DNA of 32,000 nucleotides from Phycisphaera mikurensis NBRC 102666 (GTDB lineage Bacteria; Planctomycetota; Phycisphaerae; Phycisphaerales; Phycisphaeraceae), in the NCBI RefSeq assembly GCF_000284115.1, contig NC_017080.1, positions 3,180,001-3,212,000 on the forward strand, read 5' to 3'. The notes under the pieces are model-generated. The model searched no databases and was not told the DNA's origin. It worked only from the letters and a program-made list of their open reading frames with translations. Both the position numbers and the translations under genes were made by a program. This document shows positions 9,268 to 16,971 of the stretch, one piece after another (the first letter of the stretch is position 1; each line of letters starts with the position of its first letter).

Positions 9268-10146
9268 GTGAGCCTCGCCGCCCCCGTGCCCACGCCCGCC
9301 GACGCCCTCGGCGGCCGCTCCGCCGCCCCGCCGCGCACCCGCCCGTTCGGCGGCGCCGGCGGGATGGCGGCCGGGTTGGCGCTCGCCACGCGGGAGTGGG
9401 TGCGGTTCTTCCGCCAGCGGCACCGGGTGGTCGCCGCCGTCGCCACGCCGCTGCTGCTCTGGCTCCTGCTGGGGTTGGGCCTGCGTGACGCCTTCGTCCC
9501 GGGGGCGGCGGCGGTGGAGGGCGGCGGGGCCGCGGGCAGCCTGGCGTTCTACTACCCCGGCGCGGTGGTGCTGACCGTCCTGTTCACCTCGATCTTCACC
9601 TGCATCAGCGTGATCGAGGACCGCCAGGAGGGCTTCCTCCAGGGCGTGCTGGCCAGCCGGGCCCCGCGGTGGTCCGTCGCGGCGGGCAAGGTGCTCGGCG
9701 GGGCGGCCATCGCGGTGGCGCAGGGGCTGGCTCTGATCGGCCTGGGTCTTCTGGTCTTCCCCGCGCCGTCGCCTGCGGGCCTCGCCGCGGCCGTGGCGGC
9801 GCTGGTGGTGCTCTCGGTGATGCTCACGGCGCTGGGGCTCTGCTTCGCCTGGCCGATGCGCTCGACCTCCGGGTACCACGGCGTCATGAACCTGGTGCTC
9901 ATGCCGATGTGGCTGCTCTCCGGCGGGCTCTTCCCCGCGTCGACGGCGGCGCCGCCGCTGCAGTGGGCGATGCGGCTGAACCCGCTGGCCCACGGCCACG
10001 AGCTCTTCGCCGCGGGCTTCGCGGGCGTGCGGCCGGCGCTCGCCTCGCCGGCGACGTCGTGGGCGGTGGTCCTCGCCACCACGGCGGGCCTGCTCGTGAT
10101 CGCCACCGCCCGCGTGACGCGGCCGGTGCGGGAGGACGCGACATGA
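9268..10146 (+). CDS. ABC-2 type transporter permease
   Basis: TREWVRFFRQRHRVVAAVATPLLLWLLLGLGL...YYPGAVVLTVLFTSIFTCISVIEDRQEGFLQGVLASRAPRWSVAAGKVLGGAAIAVAQG...MNLVLMPMWLLSGGLFPASTAAPPLQWAMRLNPLAHGHELF; six predicted TM segments. GTG start. Confidence 0.85.
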   Translation: MSLAAPVPTPADALGGRSAAPPRTRPFGGAGGMAAGLALATREWVRFFRQRHRVVAAVATPLLLWLLLGLGLRDAFVPGAAAVEGGGAAGSLAFYYPGAVVLTVLFTSIFTCISVIEDRQEGFLQGVLASRAPRWSVAAGKVLGGAAIAVAQGLALIGLGLLVFPAPSPAGLAAAVAALVVLSVMLTALGLCFAWPMRSTSGYHGVMNLVLMPMWLLSGGLFPASTAAPPLQWAMRLNPLAHGHELFAAGFAGVRPALASPATSWAVVLATTAGLLVIATARVTRPVREDAT

Positions 10147-10787
10147 TCGGCCGCCGCCTCCTGCAAGGCACCGGGCTGGCGTGCCTGCTGGCCGCGGGCG
10201 GGCTGCTCGTGATGGGCCGTCCGGGCGCCCGACCCACGCCACCGGCGGGCTTCGGCGAAGCGGCCGAAGGCGAGCTGCCCGACTTCGGCCCCGCCCCGCC
10301 GTTCAAACTGACCGATCAGGCCGGCGAGCCCTTCGACAGCGCCTCGCTCCGGGGCGAGGTCTGGGTTGCGGACTTCGTCTTCACCCGCTGCGTCCTGGTG
10401 TGCCCGGTGCTGTCGCGCGTGATGGCCCGGCTGCAGGAGGCGACGGTCCAAGCCGGCGTCGCCGACGGCACCCGCCTGGTCAGCCTGAGCGTCGACCCCG
10501 AGCACGACACCCCCGCCGTGCTCGCCGCTTACGCCGACCGCCACGGCGCCGACCCCACCCGCTGGCACTTCCTCACCGGCGAGCGGGACGAGGTGTGGTC
10601 GGTCGTCCGCGACGGCTTCAAGCTGCTGGTCTCGCCCACCCCCGAAGACGCCGTGAACCCGATCGCCCACACGCCGCGGCTCGTGCTCGTGGACCGGACC
10701 GGGAGCATCCGCGGCCTCTACGACGGGACGGTGCCGGAGGACGTGGAGGCGCTCGAGCGGGACCTGCTGCGTCTGGCGTCGGGATGA
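10143..10787 (+). CDS. SCO1/SenC/PrrC family copper/redox protein
   Basis: PPFKLTDQAGEPFDSASLRGEVWVADFVFTRCVLVCPVLSRVMARLQ...LVSLSVDPEHDTPAVLAAYADRHGADPTRWHFLTG...HTPRLVLVDRTGSIRGLYDG, with the CxxxC copper motif. Its ATG overlaps the stop of the permease gene (ATGA). Confidence 0.92.
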   Translation: MIGRRLLQGTGLACLLAAGGLLVMGRPGARPTPPAGFGEAAEGELPDFGPAPPFKLTDQAGEPFDSASLRGEVWVADFVFTRCVLVCPVLSRVMARLQEATVQAGVADGTRLVSLSVDPEHDTPAVLAAYADRHGADPTRWHFLTGERDEVWSVVRDGFKLLVSPTPEDAVNPIAHTPRLVLVDRTGSIRGLYDGTVPEDVEALERDLLRLASG

Positions 10788-10840
10788 CGGACCGCCGGGC
10801 GGGCCCGGACCGCGCCCGCGAGGGCTCGCGGCCGGGGCTT

Positions 10841-10865
10841 GGCGTGGCGTGGCGTGGCGTGGCGG
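10841..10865 (+). repeat. Short tandem repeat (GGCGT)x4 plus GGCGG
   Basis: GGCGTGGCGTGGCGTGGCGTGGCGG read directly, in the convergent gap between the SCO1 gene and thyA. Confidence 0.85.
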
Positions 10866-10894
10866 ACGGCGAGCCGCGGACGCCACCGGGGCCT

Positions 10895-11734
10895 TCACAC
10901 GGCCACCGCCGCGCGGATCGCCGGCTGCGGCTGGTAGCCCACCAGCTCGACGTCCTCGAATCCGAAGCCACCCGGATCGTCGGGCGTTCCGTGCAGCACC
11001 ACCTTCGGCAGGGGCCCGGGCGTCCGGGCCAGCTGCTCGTCGGCCTGAGCCAGGTGGTTCTCGTAGAGGTGGGCGTCGCCGAAGGTGTGCACGAACTCGC
11101 CGGGGCGGAGCCCGGTGACACGAGCCATCATCAGCGTGAGCAGGGCGTAGCTGGCGGTGTTGAAGGGCACGCCCAGGAACAGGTCGGCCGACCGCTGGTA
11201 GAGCTGGCAGGAGAGGCGCGGCGGCAGCTCCGGAGCGGCCGGCTCGGGGGCCGCGTAGAACTGGAACAGCGCGTGGCAGGGGGCGAGGGCCATCCGCTCC
11301 AGCTCGCCGACGTTCCAGGCGGAGACGACGAGCCGGCGGCTGAAGGGGTCCTCCCGCAGGCCGCGGACCGCGGCCGAGATCTGATCGAACGTGCGACGGT
11401 CCGCGGATCCGTCGCCGCTTCCCCAGCTCCGCCACTGCTTCCCGTAGACCGGCCCGAGCTCGCCGTCCGCGTCGGCCCAGGCATCCCAGATCCGCACGCC
11501 CTCGGCCTGCAGGCTCCGGACGTTGGTCTCCCCGCGGAGGAACCAGAGCAGCTCGTGGACGACCGACTTCCAGTGAATCTTCTTGGTCGTCAGCAGCGGG
11601 AAGCCCGGCCCCTCGTCGGAGAGATCGAAGCGGAGCTGACGGCCGAAGACCGACCGCGTGCCGGTGCCGGTGCGATCGGGCCGGAAGACCCCGTGGTCGC
11701 GGACGTCGCGGAGGAGGGAGAGGTAGGAGAGCAC
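10895..11734 (-). CDS. thyA: Thymidylate synthase
   Basis: [53 protein letters not shown]...[35 protein letters not shown]...[20 protein letters not shown]. Confidence 0.97.
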   Translation of the reverse strand: MLSYLSLLRDVRDHGVFRPDRTGTGTRSVFGRQLRFDLSDEGPGFPLLTTKKIHWKSVVHELLWFLRGETNVRSLQAEGVRIWDAWADADGELGPVYGKQWRSWGSGDGSADRRTFDQISAAVRGLREDPFSRRLVVSAWNVGELERMALAPCHALFQFYAAPEPAAPELPPRLSCQLYQRSADLFLGVPFNTASYALLTLMMARVTGLRPGEFVHTFGDAHLYENHLAQADEQLARTPGPLPKVVLHGTPDDPGGFGFEDVELVGYQPQPAIRAAVAV

Positions 11735-11798
11735 GGGGGATCCTAAAGAGCGGTTGTTTGCGCAGAGCGGGTGTGTGGGCGTGCGAGCACGGTTGGGG

Positions 11799-11897
11799 CG
11801 GAAGCGGGGAAGCGGGGAAGCGGGGAAGCGAAGAAGCGAAGAAGCGAAGAAGTGAGGAAGCGAAGAAGTGAGGAAGCGGAGAAGTGGAGAAGTGGGG
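11799..11897 (+). repeat. Degenerate purine-only-biased short tandem repeat (GAAGCGAAGAA / GAAGCGGG / GAAGTGAG variants)
   Basis: gcggggaagcggggaagcggggaagcgaagaagcgaagaagcgaagaagtgaggaagcgaagaagtgaggaagcggagaagtggagaagtgggg, in the thyA/DUF389 divergent gap. Confidence 0.8.
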
Positions 11898-12004
11898 GCG
11901 TGGGGTGGTGGCTGCGTCGTTGGGCGTCGGTCTGCGACTCGCTTGGTCGGGCTTGCTGACTCGTTTTGTTTCCTTCTCTTGCCGGTGCCCTAGCTTCCGC
12001 TCTC

Positions 12005-14161
12005 ATGCCGCTCGCCGTCGTCGTTGAAACCCCGTGGCAGGCCGCCGCGCTGGCCCCCTGGGCGTCGCGGTTCGCGGCGGCCCTCGGTGGCGAGCCGGTG
12101 CTGTTCGTGGTGACCTCGGCGGCGAAGGGCAAGAAGAAGGCGGAGGCCCGCAGAGCCGCCGCGAGCGCCGAGAAGAAGAAGCCGGCTTCGAAGGCCGCGA
12201 AGGAGGCGGTGGCCGACGCCGCGGCCGCGGTCAAGGCGAAGGTGGAGGAAGCGGTGGAGGCGGCGGACGCCGGGACCGACTCCGGTGCGGACGCGACGGC
12301 GGCCGGATCCGGAGGTTCTCCGCCCGCGGACCGCGAGCCGGCCAGCCCGCTGGAGGCCGCGGTCCGCGGCGCCATGGAGGCGGCCGGCTTCGGCGTCGGC
12401 GAGGACGCCCCGACCGCGGAGGTGGCGGTCGTGGAGGTCGGGCCCGGCGGGTCCGCGGACGAGCCGCGGGCCGGGCTGGAGGACCTGCTCGACGCGCTGG
12501 AGGCGCACGCGACGGACTTCGTGCTGCTCGCCGCGACGGAATCGGCCCGCGGCGACGACCCGCTCACCACGCGGGTGTTCCGGGCGGCCCGCTGCGCGGT
12601 CGTGGTCCTCCGCCCGCCGCCGGGCCGGACCGCCGAGCGCGAGGAGGGCAATCCCTCCCCCGCCGACGCCGGCGGCCGCGTGCTGGTGCCGACCGCCGGC
12701 GGCCCGCACGCGGCGCTCGCCCTGCGCCTGGCCAAGGGCTTGCAGCGGCACCCCGCCGCCGACGGGTTCGAGGGCTTCAGCGGCGTCGACGCGCTCTACG
12801 TCCAGAAGGATGTCGGCTACGAATCGCGTGGCCTCGCCCAGCGGAAGGTCCGCGCCGCGGTCCGCCGGGCGCTCGGCGGTCCGCTGGGCATCGCCAACGG
12901 CGCCGAGGCCGCCGTCGGCGAGGTCATCCGCGTGGGGCTCGGCTACCCCAAGGCGCTCGCGGAGGTGGTGGGCGAGGGCCGCCACGGGCTGGTGATGGTC
13001 GGCGCCGCCGACCGCGTCCAGGCCAAGCGTGCCCTCTTCGGCGGCTTGCCCGACGCGATCCTCAAGGACGCCGGCGAGGGCGACCGCGGCGTGACGATCG
13101 CGGTCGTCCGCGACGCGGAGTCGGTGACCGACACCGCCGGCCGCGTGGCGCGCAACATGGTCCGCCGCTACGTGCCGCAGCTGGACCGCGAGGACCGCAT
13201 CTCGCTGGTCGAACGCATCGAGGGGCCGAGCCGGTGGAGCTTCGATTTCGTCACGCTGATGGTGCTGTCGACCTCCATCGCCACCTTCGGGGAGATGCAG
13301 GATTCCACGGCCGTGGTGATCGGCGCCATGCTCGTCGCCCCGCTGATGACGCCGCTGGTCGGCTGCGGCCTCGCGGTGGTCCAGGGCAACAACCAGCTGG
13401 TCCGCGGCTCGGTCCGTTCGGTCGCGCTGGGCTTCCTGGTGGCCTTCGGGGTGGCGCTCGCGATGGGCTTGTTCATCCCCTTCCCGGGGCTCACCAGCGA
13501 GGTGCTGGCCCGCGGCCGGCCCACGCTGCTGGACCTGGGCGTGGCCTTCATCTCCGGCGTGGCCGCGGCGTACGCGGTGGCCCGGCCGAACCTCTCCGGA
13601 GCGCTGCCCGGGGTGGCGATCGCCGCCGCGTTGGTCCCGCCGATCGCCGCCGCCGGGCTGGCGTTCTCCGCCGGCGACTGGAGGGTGGGCGGCGGGGCGA
13701 CGCTGCTGTTCTTCGTCAACGTGCTGGCGATCATCCTCGGTGCCGCCATCGCGCTGCTCGCGGTGGGCGTGGAGGGCCGCCACGAGCACAAGAGCGGCGG
13801 CCACTGGCGGCCGCACGCCTTCGGCGTCCTGGTCATGGGCTGCCTGATCCTCGCGGTGCCGCTGACGTGGTCGCTGCTGCAGGCGATGCCGCCGGAGGGC
13901 CTGCCGCCGCGGGTGGAGTCGAACCTGGCGGAGGTGCTCGCGGGCGACGGCAACGCGCAGCTGATCTCCGCCGAGGGCCCGTTCCCCCGCGACGGCGGCG
14001 GGCTGCGGGTGGAGGTCCGCCGCCGCGCCTCCGCCCCGCCGCGGACCGGCCTCGCCGACGAGCTCGCCGCGGAGCTGGCGGAGCACTACGGCGACAGCGT
14101 CACGGTGAACGTGACGACGGAGCTGACGCAGGCGAGCGGGCAGAGCGCGACCGCGGACTGA
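12005..14161 (+). CDS. USP-like N-terminal region fused to DUF389 (TIGR00341-like) membrane domain
   Basis: N-terminus MPLAVVVETPWQAAALAPWASRFAAALGGEPVLFVVT, second repeat-like segment GGRVLVPTAGGPHAALALRLAKGLQ, then DUF389 core DFVTLMVLSTSIATFGEMQDSTAVVIGAMLVAPLMTPLVGCGLAVVQGNNQLVRGS...GVAIAAALVPPIAAAGLAF. Confidence 0.85.
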   Translation: MPLAVVVETPWQAAALAPWASRFAAALGGEPVLFVVTSAAKGKKKAEARRAAASAEKKKPASKAAKEAVADAAAAVKAKVEEAVEAADAGTDSGADATAAGSGGSPPADREPASPLEAAVRGAMEAAGFGVGEDAPTAEVAVVEVGPGGSADEPRAGLEDLLDALEAHATDFVLLAATESARGDDPLTTRVFRAARCAVVVLRPPPGRTAEREEGNPSPADAGGRVLVPTAGGPHAALALRLAKGLQRHPAADGFEGFSGVDALYVQKDVGYESRGLAQRKVRAAVRRALGGPLGIANGAEAAVGEVIRVGLGYPKALAEVVGEGRHGLVMVGAADRVQAKRALFGGLPDAILKDAGEGDRGVTIAVVRDAESVTDTAGRVARNMVRRYVPQLDREDRISLVERIEGPSRWSFDFVTLMVLSTSIATFGEMQDSTAVVIGAMLVAPLMTPLVGCGLAVVQGNNQLVRGSVRSVALGFLVAFGVALAMGLFIPFPGLTSEVLARGRPTLLDLGVAFISGVAAAYAVARPNLSGALPGVAIAAALVPPIAAAGLAFSAGDWRVGGGATLLFFVNVLAIILGAAIALLAVGVEGRHEHKSGGHWRPHAFGVLVMGCLILAVPLTWSLLQAMPPEGLPPRVESNLAEVLAGDGNAQLISAEGPFPRDGGGLRVEVRRRASAPPRTGLADELAAELAEHYGDSVTVNVTTELTQASGQSATAD

Positions 14162-14220
14162 AGAGCGGGCCGTGGCACCCCGCGACGCTTGCGGTCGGAT
14201 CGAGGGGATCGGCCTCGTGG

Positions 14221-14711
14221 TCGCGATCCAGCTTCCTCGCGCACAAGGCAGACAGAGCGGCGTCGCCGCTCCGCTCTCGCAGCCATCCTGGCCGCGCTAG
14301 CTGCGTGGCGACGCCACGCTGTCCGAGCCGCGATCCAGCTTCCTCGCGCACAAGGCAGACAGAGCGGCGTCGCCGCTCAGCTCTCGAAGCCATCCTGGCC
14401 GCGCTAGCTGCGTGGCGACGCCACGCTGTCCGAGCCGCGATCCAGCTCCTTCGCGCACAAGCAGACCGAGCGGCGTCGCCGCTCAGCTCTCGCCGCCAGC
14501 CCCTGGCCGTGGTAGCTGCGTGGCGACGCCACGCTGTCCGACTCCGGACCCAGCTCCCTCGCGCACAAGGCAGACAGAGCGGCGTCGCCGCTCAGCTCTC
14601 GCCGCCAGCCCCTGGCCGTGGTAGCTGCGTGGCGACGCCACGCTGTCCGACTCCGGACCCAGCTCCTTCGCGCACAAGCCAGACAGAGCGGCGTCGCCGC
14701 TCCGCTCCCGC
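14221..14711 (+). repeat. Tandem repeat array, ~107-109 bp unit, about 4.5 copies, two palindromes per unit
   Basis: GAGCGGCGTCGCCGCTC at 14255, 14362, 14468, 14577 and 14686; GCGTGGCGACGCCACGC at 14303, 14410, 14518 and 14627; conserved linkers such as TCGCGCACAAGGCAGACA and GCTAGCTGCGTGG/GGTAGCTGCGTGG. Confidence 0.93.
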
Positions 14712-14768
14712 CGCGCGTCCCGATGGGATCGGCCTCCGTTCCGCCACCCGGTCGCTCCTCCGCCTCCC

Positions 14769-16373
14769 TCAGAGCAGCGGGCCGACCAGCCGCGCACCAT
14801 TGCGGATCAGCCGGCGCGGGAAGGAACGCGCCTCCCAAGCCTCCATCGACAGCGGCAAGGACCGAGCGACGTACTCCTCCTGCAGCGTCACGAGCTCGCG
14901 CGTGAAGGCCGGGTCGTACACGAGCAGCGAGAGCTCGAAGTTCAGGTAGAAGCTGCGGGCGTCGAGGTTGACGGTGCCGATGATCGACAGGTCGCCGTCG
15001 ACGGTGACGCTCTTGGTGTGCAGCAGCCCGCCGCGGTACAGGTGCACGCCGACGCCGGCTTCGAGCAGGTCGCCGAGGTGGGCCTCGCCGGCGGCCTGCG
15101 CCAGCGCGCTGTCGAGCACCTCGGGCACGACCAGCGCCACCTCGACCCCGCGGGCGGCCGCGGAGGTCAGCGCGACGAGCACGGCCTCGTCGGGGATGAA
15201 GTACGGCGTGGTGAGCACGACGCGGCGGCGGGCGGCGTACACCGCCGTGAGCAGCAGCTCGCGGATGCTCTGCCCGGTGAGGTGCGGCCCCGACGGCACG
15301 ACCTGCACCCAGCTGGTGCCGCGTTCGGGCTCGGCGTGGGGGTCGTAGCCCGGCGGATCGTCGATCCGGTCGCGGGCTTGGGGCGACCGCGGTCGTCCCT
15401 CCCCCGCGACGCTGACGCCCCGCGTCCGCGGCCGCTCCCGCCGCTCGCGCAGCGGCTCCCACGGCAGGCGGTGGCCCTCCAGCAGCGCCGGCATGGGCTG
15501 CTTCTCGGCCTTCCAATCCTCCAGGAAGACCGCGTGGAGCGGGCCCACCGCGGGGCCGGCGACCTCGACCATGCAGTCCACCCAGGGCCCGACCTCGGCG
15601 GCCTTCTTCAGCCGGCGCGGGCCGACGAGGTTCATCGAGCCGGTGAAGGCGATCTCTTGGTCGATGACGGCGAGCTTGCGGTGGTTCCGCAGGTCGACGC
15701 GGCGGATCAGCATCCGCCAGGGGTTGCTGGGCAGCGCGGCGACGAGCTCGACGCCGGCGGCACGCAGCCGCTCCACCTGCGGGGACTTCCGCAGGAACGA
15801 CCGGCTGCCCAGGGCATCGACGAGCACGCGGCAGGCGACGCCGCGTCGGGCGGCGGCGACGAGGGCGTCCATCACCGGCACGCTCGCCGGGCCGTCCATG
15901 AAGATGTAGTAGACCATCTCGACGCGGCTCCGGGCCCGATCGATCGCTCCGGCGAGCCGCTTGAAGGCGGCGCCGGTCCGCGGCAGCAGCTTCAGCCGGT
16001 TGCCCGGCAGGGCCGGCACGCCGGTCGCTCGCTCGGCCTGGACGGCCAGCGGCGTGAAGCGGCGGTCCAGCGCGTCGCCGATGCCCGGCGCCCCGGCCCG
16101 CTCACGCAGGCCGCGCAGGTAAGCCTCGGTGTCGGCGTGCGGGTCGAGCGATCGCAGGGCCGCGCGGCGGCCGATGCGGATCTCGCCCAGCAGCCAGTAC
16201 GCGGCCGAGCCGGCGAACGGGAAGACGAGCACGACGACGAGCCAGGCGAGCGAGAGCTCGACGTCGTGGCGACGCATCAGGATCCGCACGCAGGTTCCCA
16301 GCCGCAGAACGACGTCCGCGAGGAGGATCGCGGTCGCCCACCAGGGCGTGGCGTCAGGCGGCAGGAAGGGCAT
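14769..16373 (-). CDS. cls: Cardiolipin synthase-like phospholipase D superfamily protein
   Basis: Two N-terminal TM segments; two HKD motifs: HNRKLAVIDQEIAFTGSMNLVGPRRL and HTKSVTVDGDLSIIGTVNLDARSFYLNFELSLLVYD. Confidence 0.9.
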   Translation of the reverse strand: MPFLPPDATPWWATAILLADVVLRLGTCVRILMRRHDVELSLAWLVVVLVFPFAGSAAYWLLGEIRIGRRAALRSLDPHADTEAYLRGLRERAGAPGIGDALDRRFTPLAVQAERATGVPALPGNRLKLLPRTGAAFKRLAGAIDRARSRVEMVYYIFMDGPASVPVMDALVAAARRGVACRVLVDALGSRSFLRKSPQVERLRAAGVELVAALPSNPWRMLIRRVDLRNHRKLAVIDQEIAFTGSMNLVGPRRLKKAAEVGPWVDCMVEVAGPAVGPLHAVFLEDWKAEKQPMPALLEGHRLPWEPLRERRERPRTRGVSVAGEGRPRSPQARDRIDDPPGYDPHAEPERGTSWVQVVPSGPHLTGQSIRELLLTAVYAARRRVVLTTPYFIPDEAVLVALTSAAARGVEVALVVPEVLDSALAQAAGEAHLGDLLEAGVGVHLYRGGLLHTKSVTVDGDLSIIGTVNLDARSFYLNFELSLLVYDPAFTRELVTLQEEYVARSLPLSMEAWEARSFPRRLIRNGARLVGPLL

Positions 16374-16537
16374 GTCGACGCCGGGTGAGCGGGAGCGGGA
16401 AGCCGGGGGCGATTGAGGTCAGGACGGCTGCGCAAGCCGGCGATCGGCGTGCCGCCGCCGCGGAGTGCCCGGTGCCCCCTGACCTTGCCTCCCCCTCTTC
16501 GCCGCTGGCTCCGTCTCCGGGCGGCCGGGCCGCGGCT

Positions 16538-16849
16538 TCAGCGCTCCGAGATCCGGTCGAGGTGGCTCTTCACCGCCCGCCCCAGCTTCGCCGCCGCCTC
16601 GTCGATCACCTTGTAGAGGTCCTCACCCTTGCTGTCGACGGTGATCGGCCGGTGGCCCTCGGGACGCGCTTCCATGACCGCCCGCTTGTCGTCGTTGCCG
16701 TGCTTGCCGGCGTTGTCGTCGCGGAGGTGGACCTCGACGCGGGTGATGCCGTGGCTGACGCGAGCCATGGCTTTCTCGACCTGCTCGTTGACGCGCGTCT
16801 TGAGGGCGTCGGAAGCGTCGACGTCGCCGAAGTTGATCTGGATCTGCAT
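16538..16849 (-). CDS. hpf: Ribosome hibernation promoting factor / sigma-54 modulation protein family
   Basis: MQIQINFGDVDASDALKTRVNEQVEKAMARVSHGITRVEVHLRDDNAGKHGNDDKRAVMEARPEGHRPITVDSKGEDLYKVIDEAAAKLGRAVKSHLDR. Confidence 0.85.
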   Translation of the reverse strand: MQIQINFGDVDASDALKTRVNEQVEKAMARVSHGITRVEVHLRDDNAGKHGNDDKRAVMEARPEGHRPITVDSKGEDLYKVIDEAAAKLGRAVKSHLDRISER

Positions 16850-16862
16850 GGATGTCGTCTCA

Positions 16863-16886
16863 GGGGTGGGGGGCAAGGGGGCGGGG
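16863..16886 (+). other. G-quadruplex-forming motif in hpf/lptD-like divergent region
   Basis: GGGG T GGGGGG CAA GGGGG C GGGG read directly, 14 nt upstream of the hpf ATG on the template strand. Confidence 0.6.
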
Positions 16887-16971
16887 CAGGCTACCCCGGT
16901 GCGACGCCGCGGACCGCGGGCCGGAGCGGCCGGGAGCGGCGGCGGTCCGCGGGCCGGTAGGGTGTCGCGCG

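Noticed and set aside
11771-11959. 62-aa ORF with [14 protein letters not shown] repeats
   Set aside because: It is the translation of the purine-rich short repeat in a promoter region, with no homology-like features.
14189-14711. Possible CRISPR array
   Set aside because: The repeated unit is ~108 bp and conserved throughout, with no unique spacers, and no cas genes are nearby. It is a tandem or palindromic repeat.
14086-14950. Several ORFs across the repeat array encoding MVAAWRRHAVRL... / AERRRRSVCLVREEAGSR... repeats
   Set aside because: They are translations of the tandem repeat in various frames, with no independent coding evidence.
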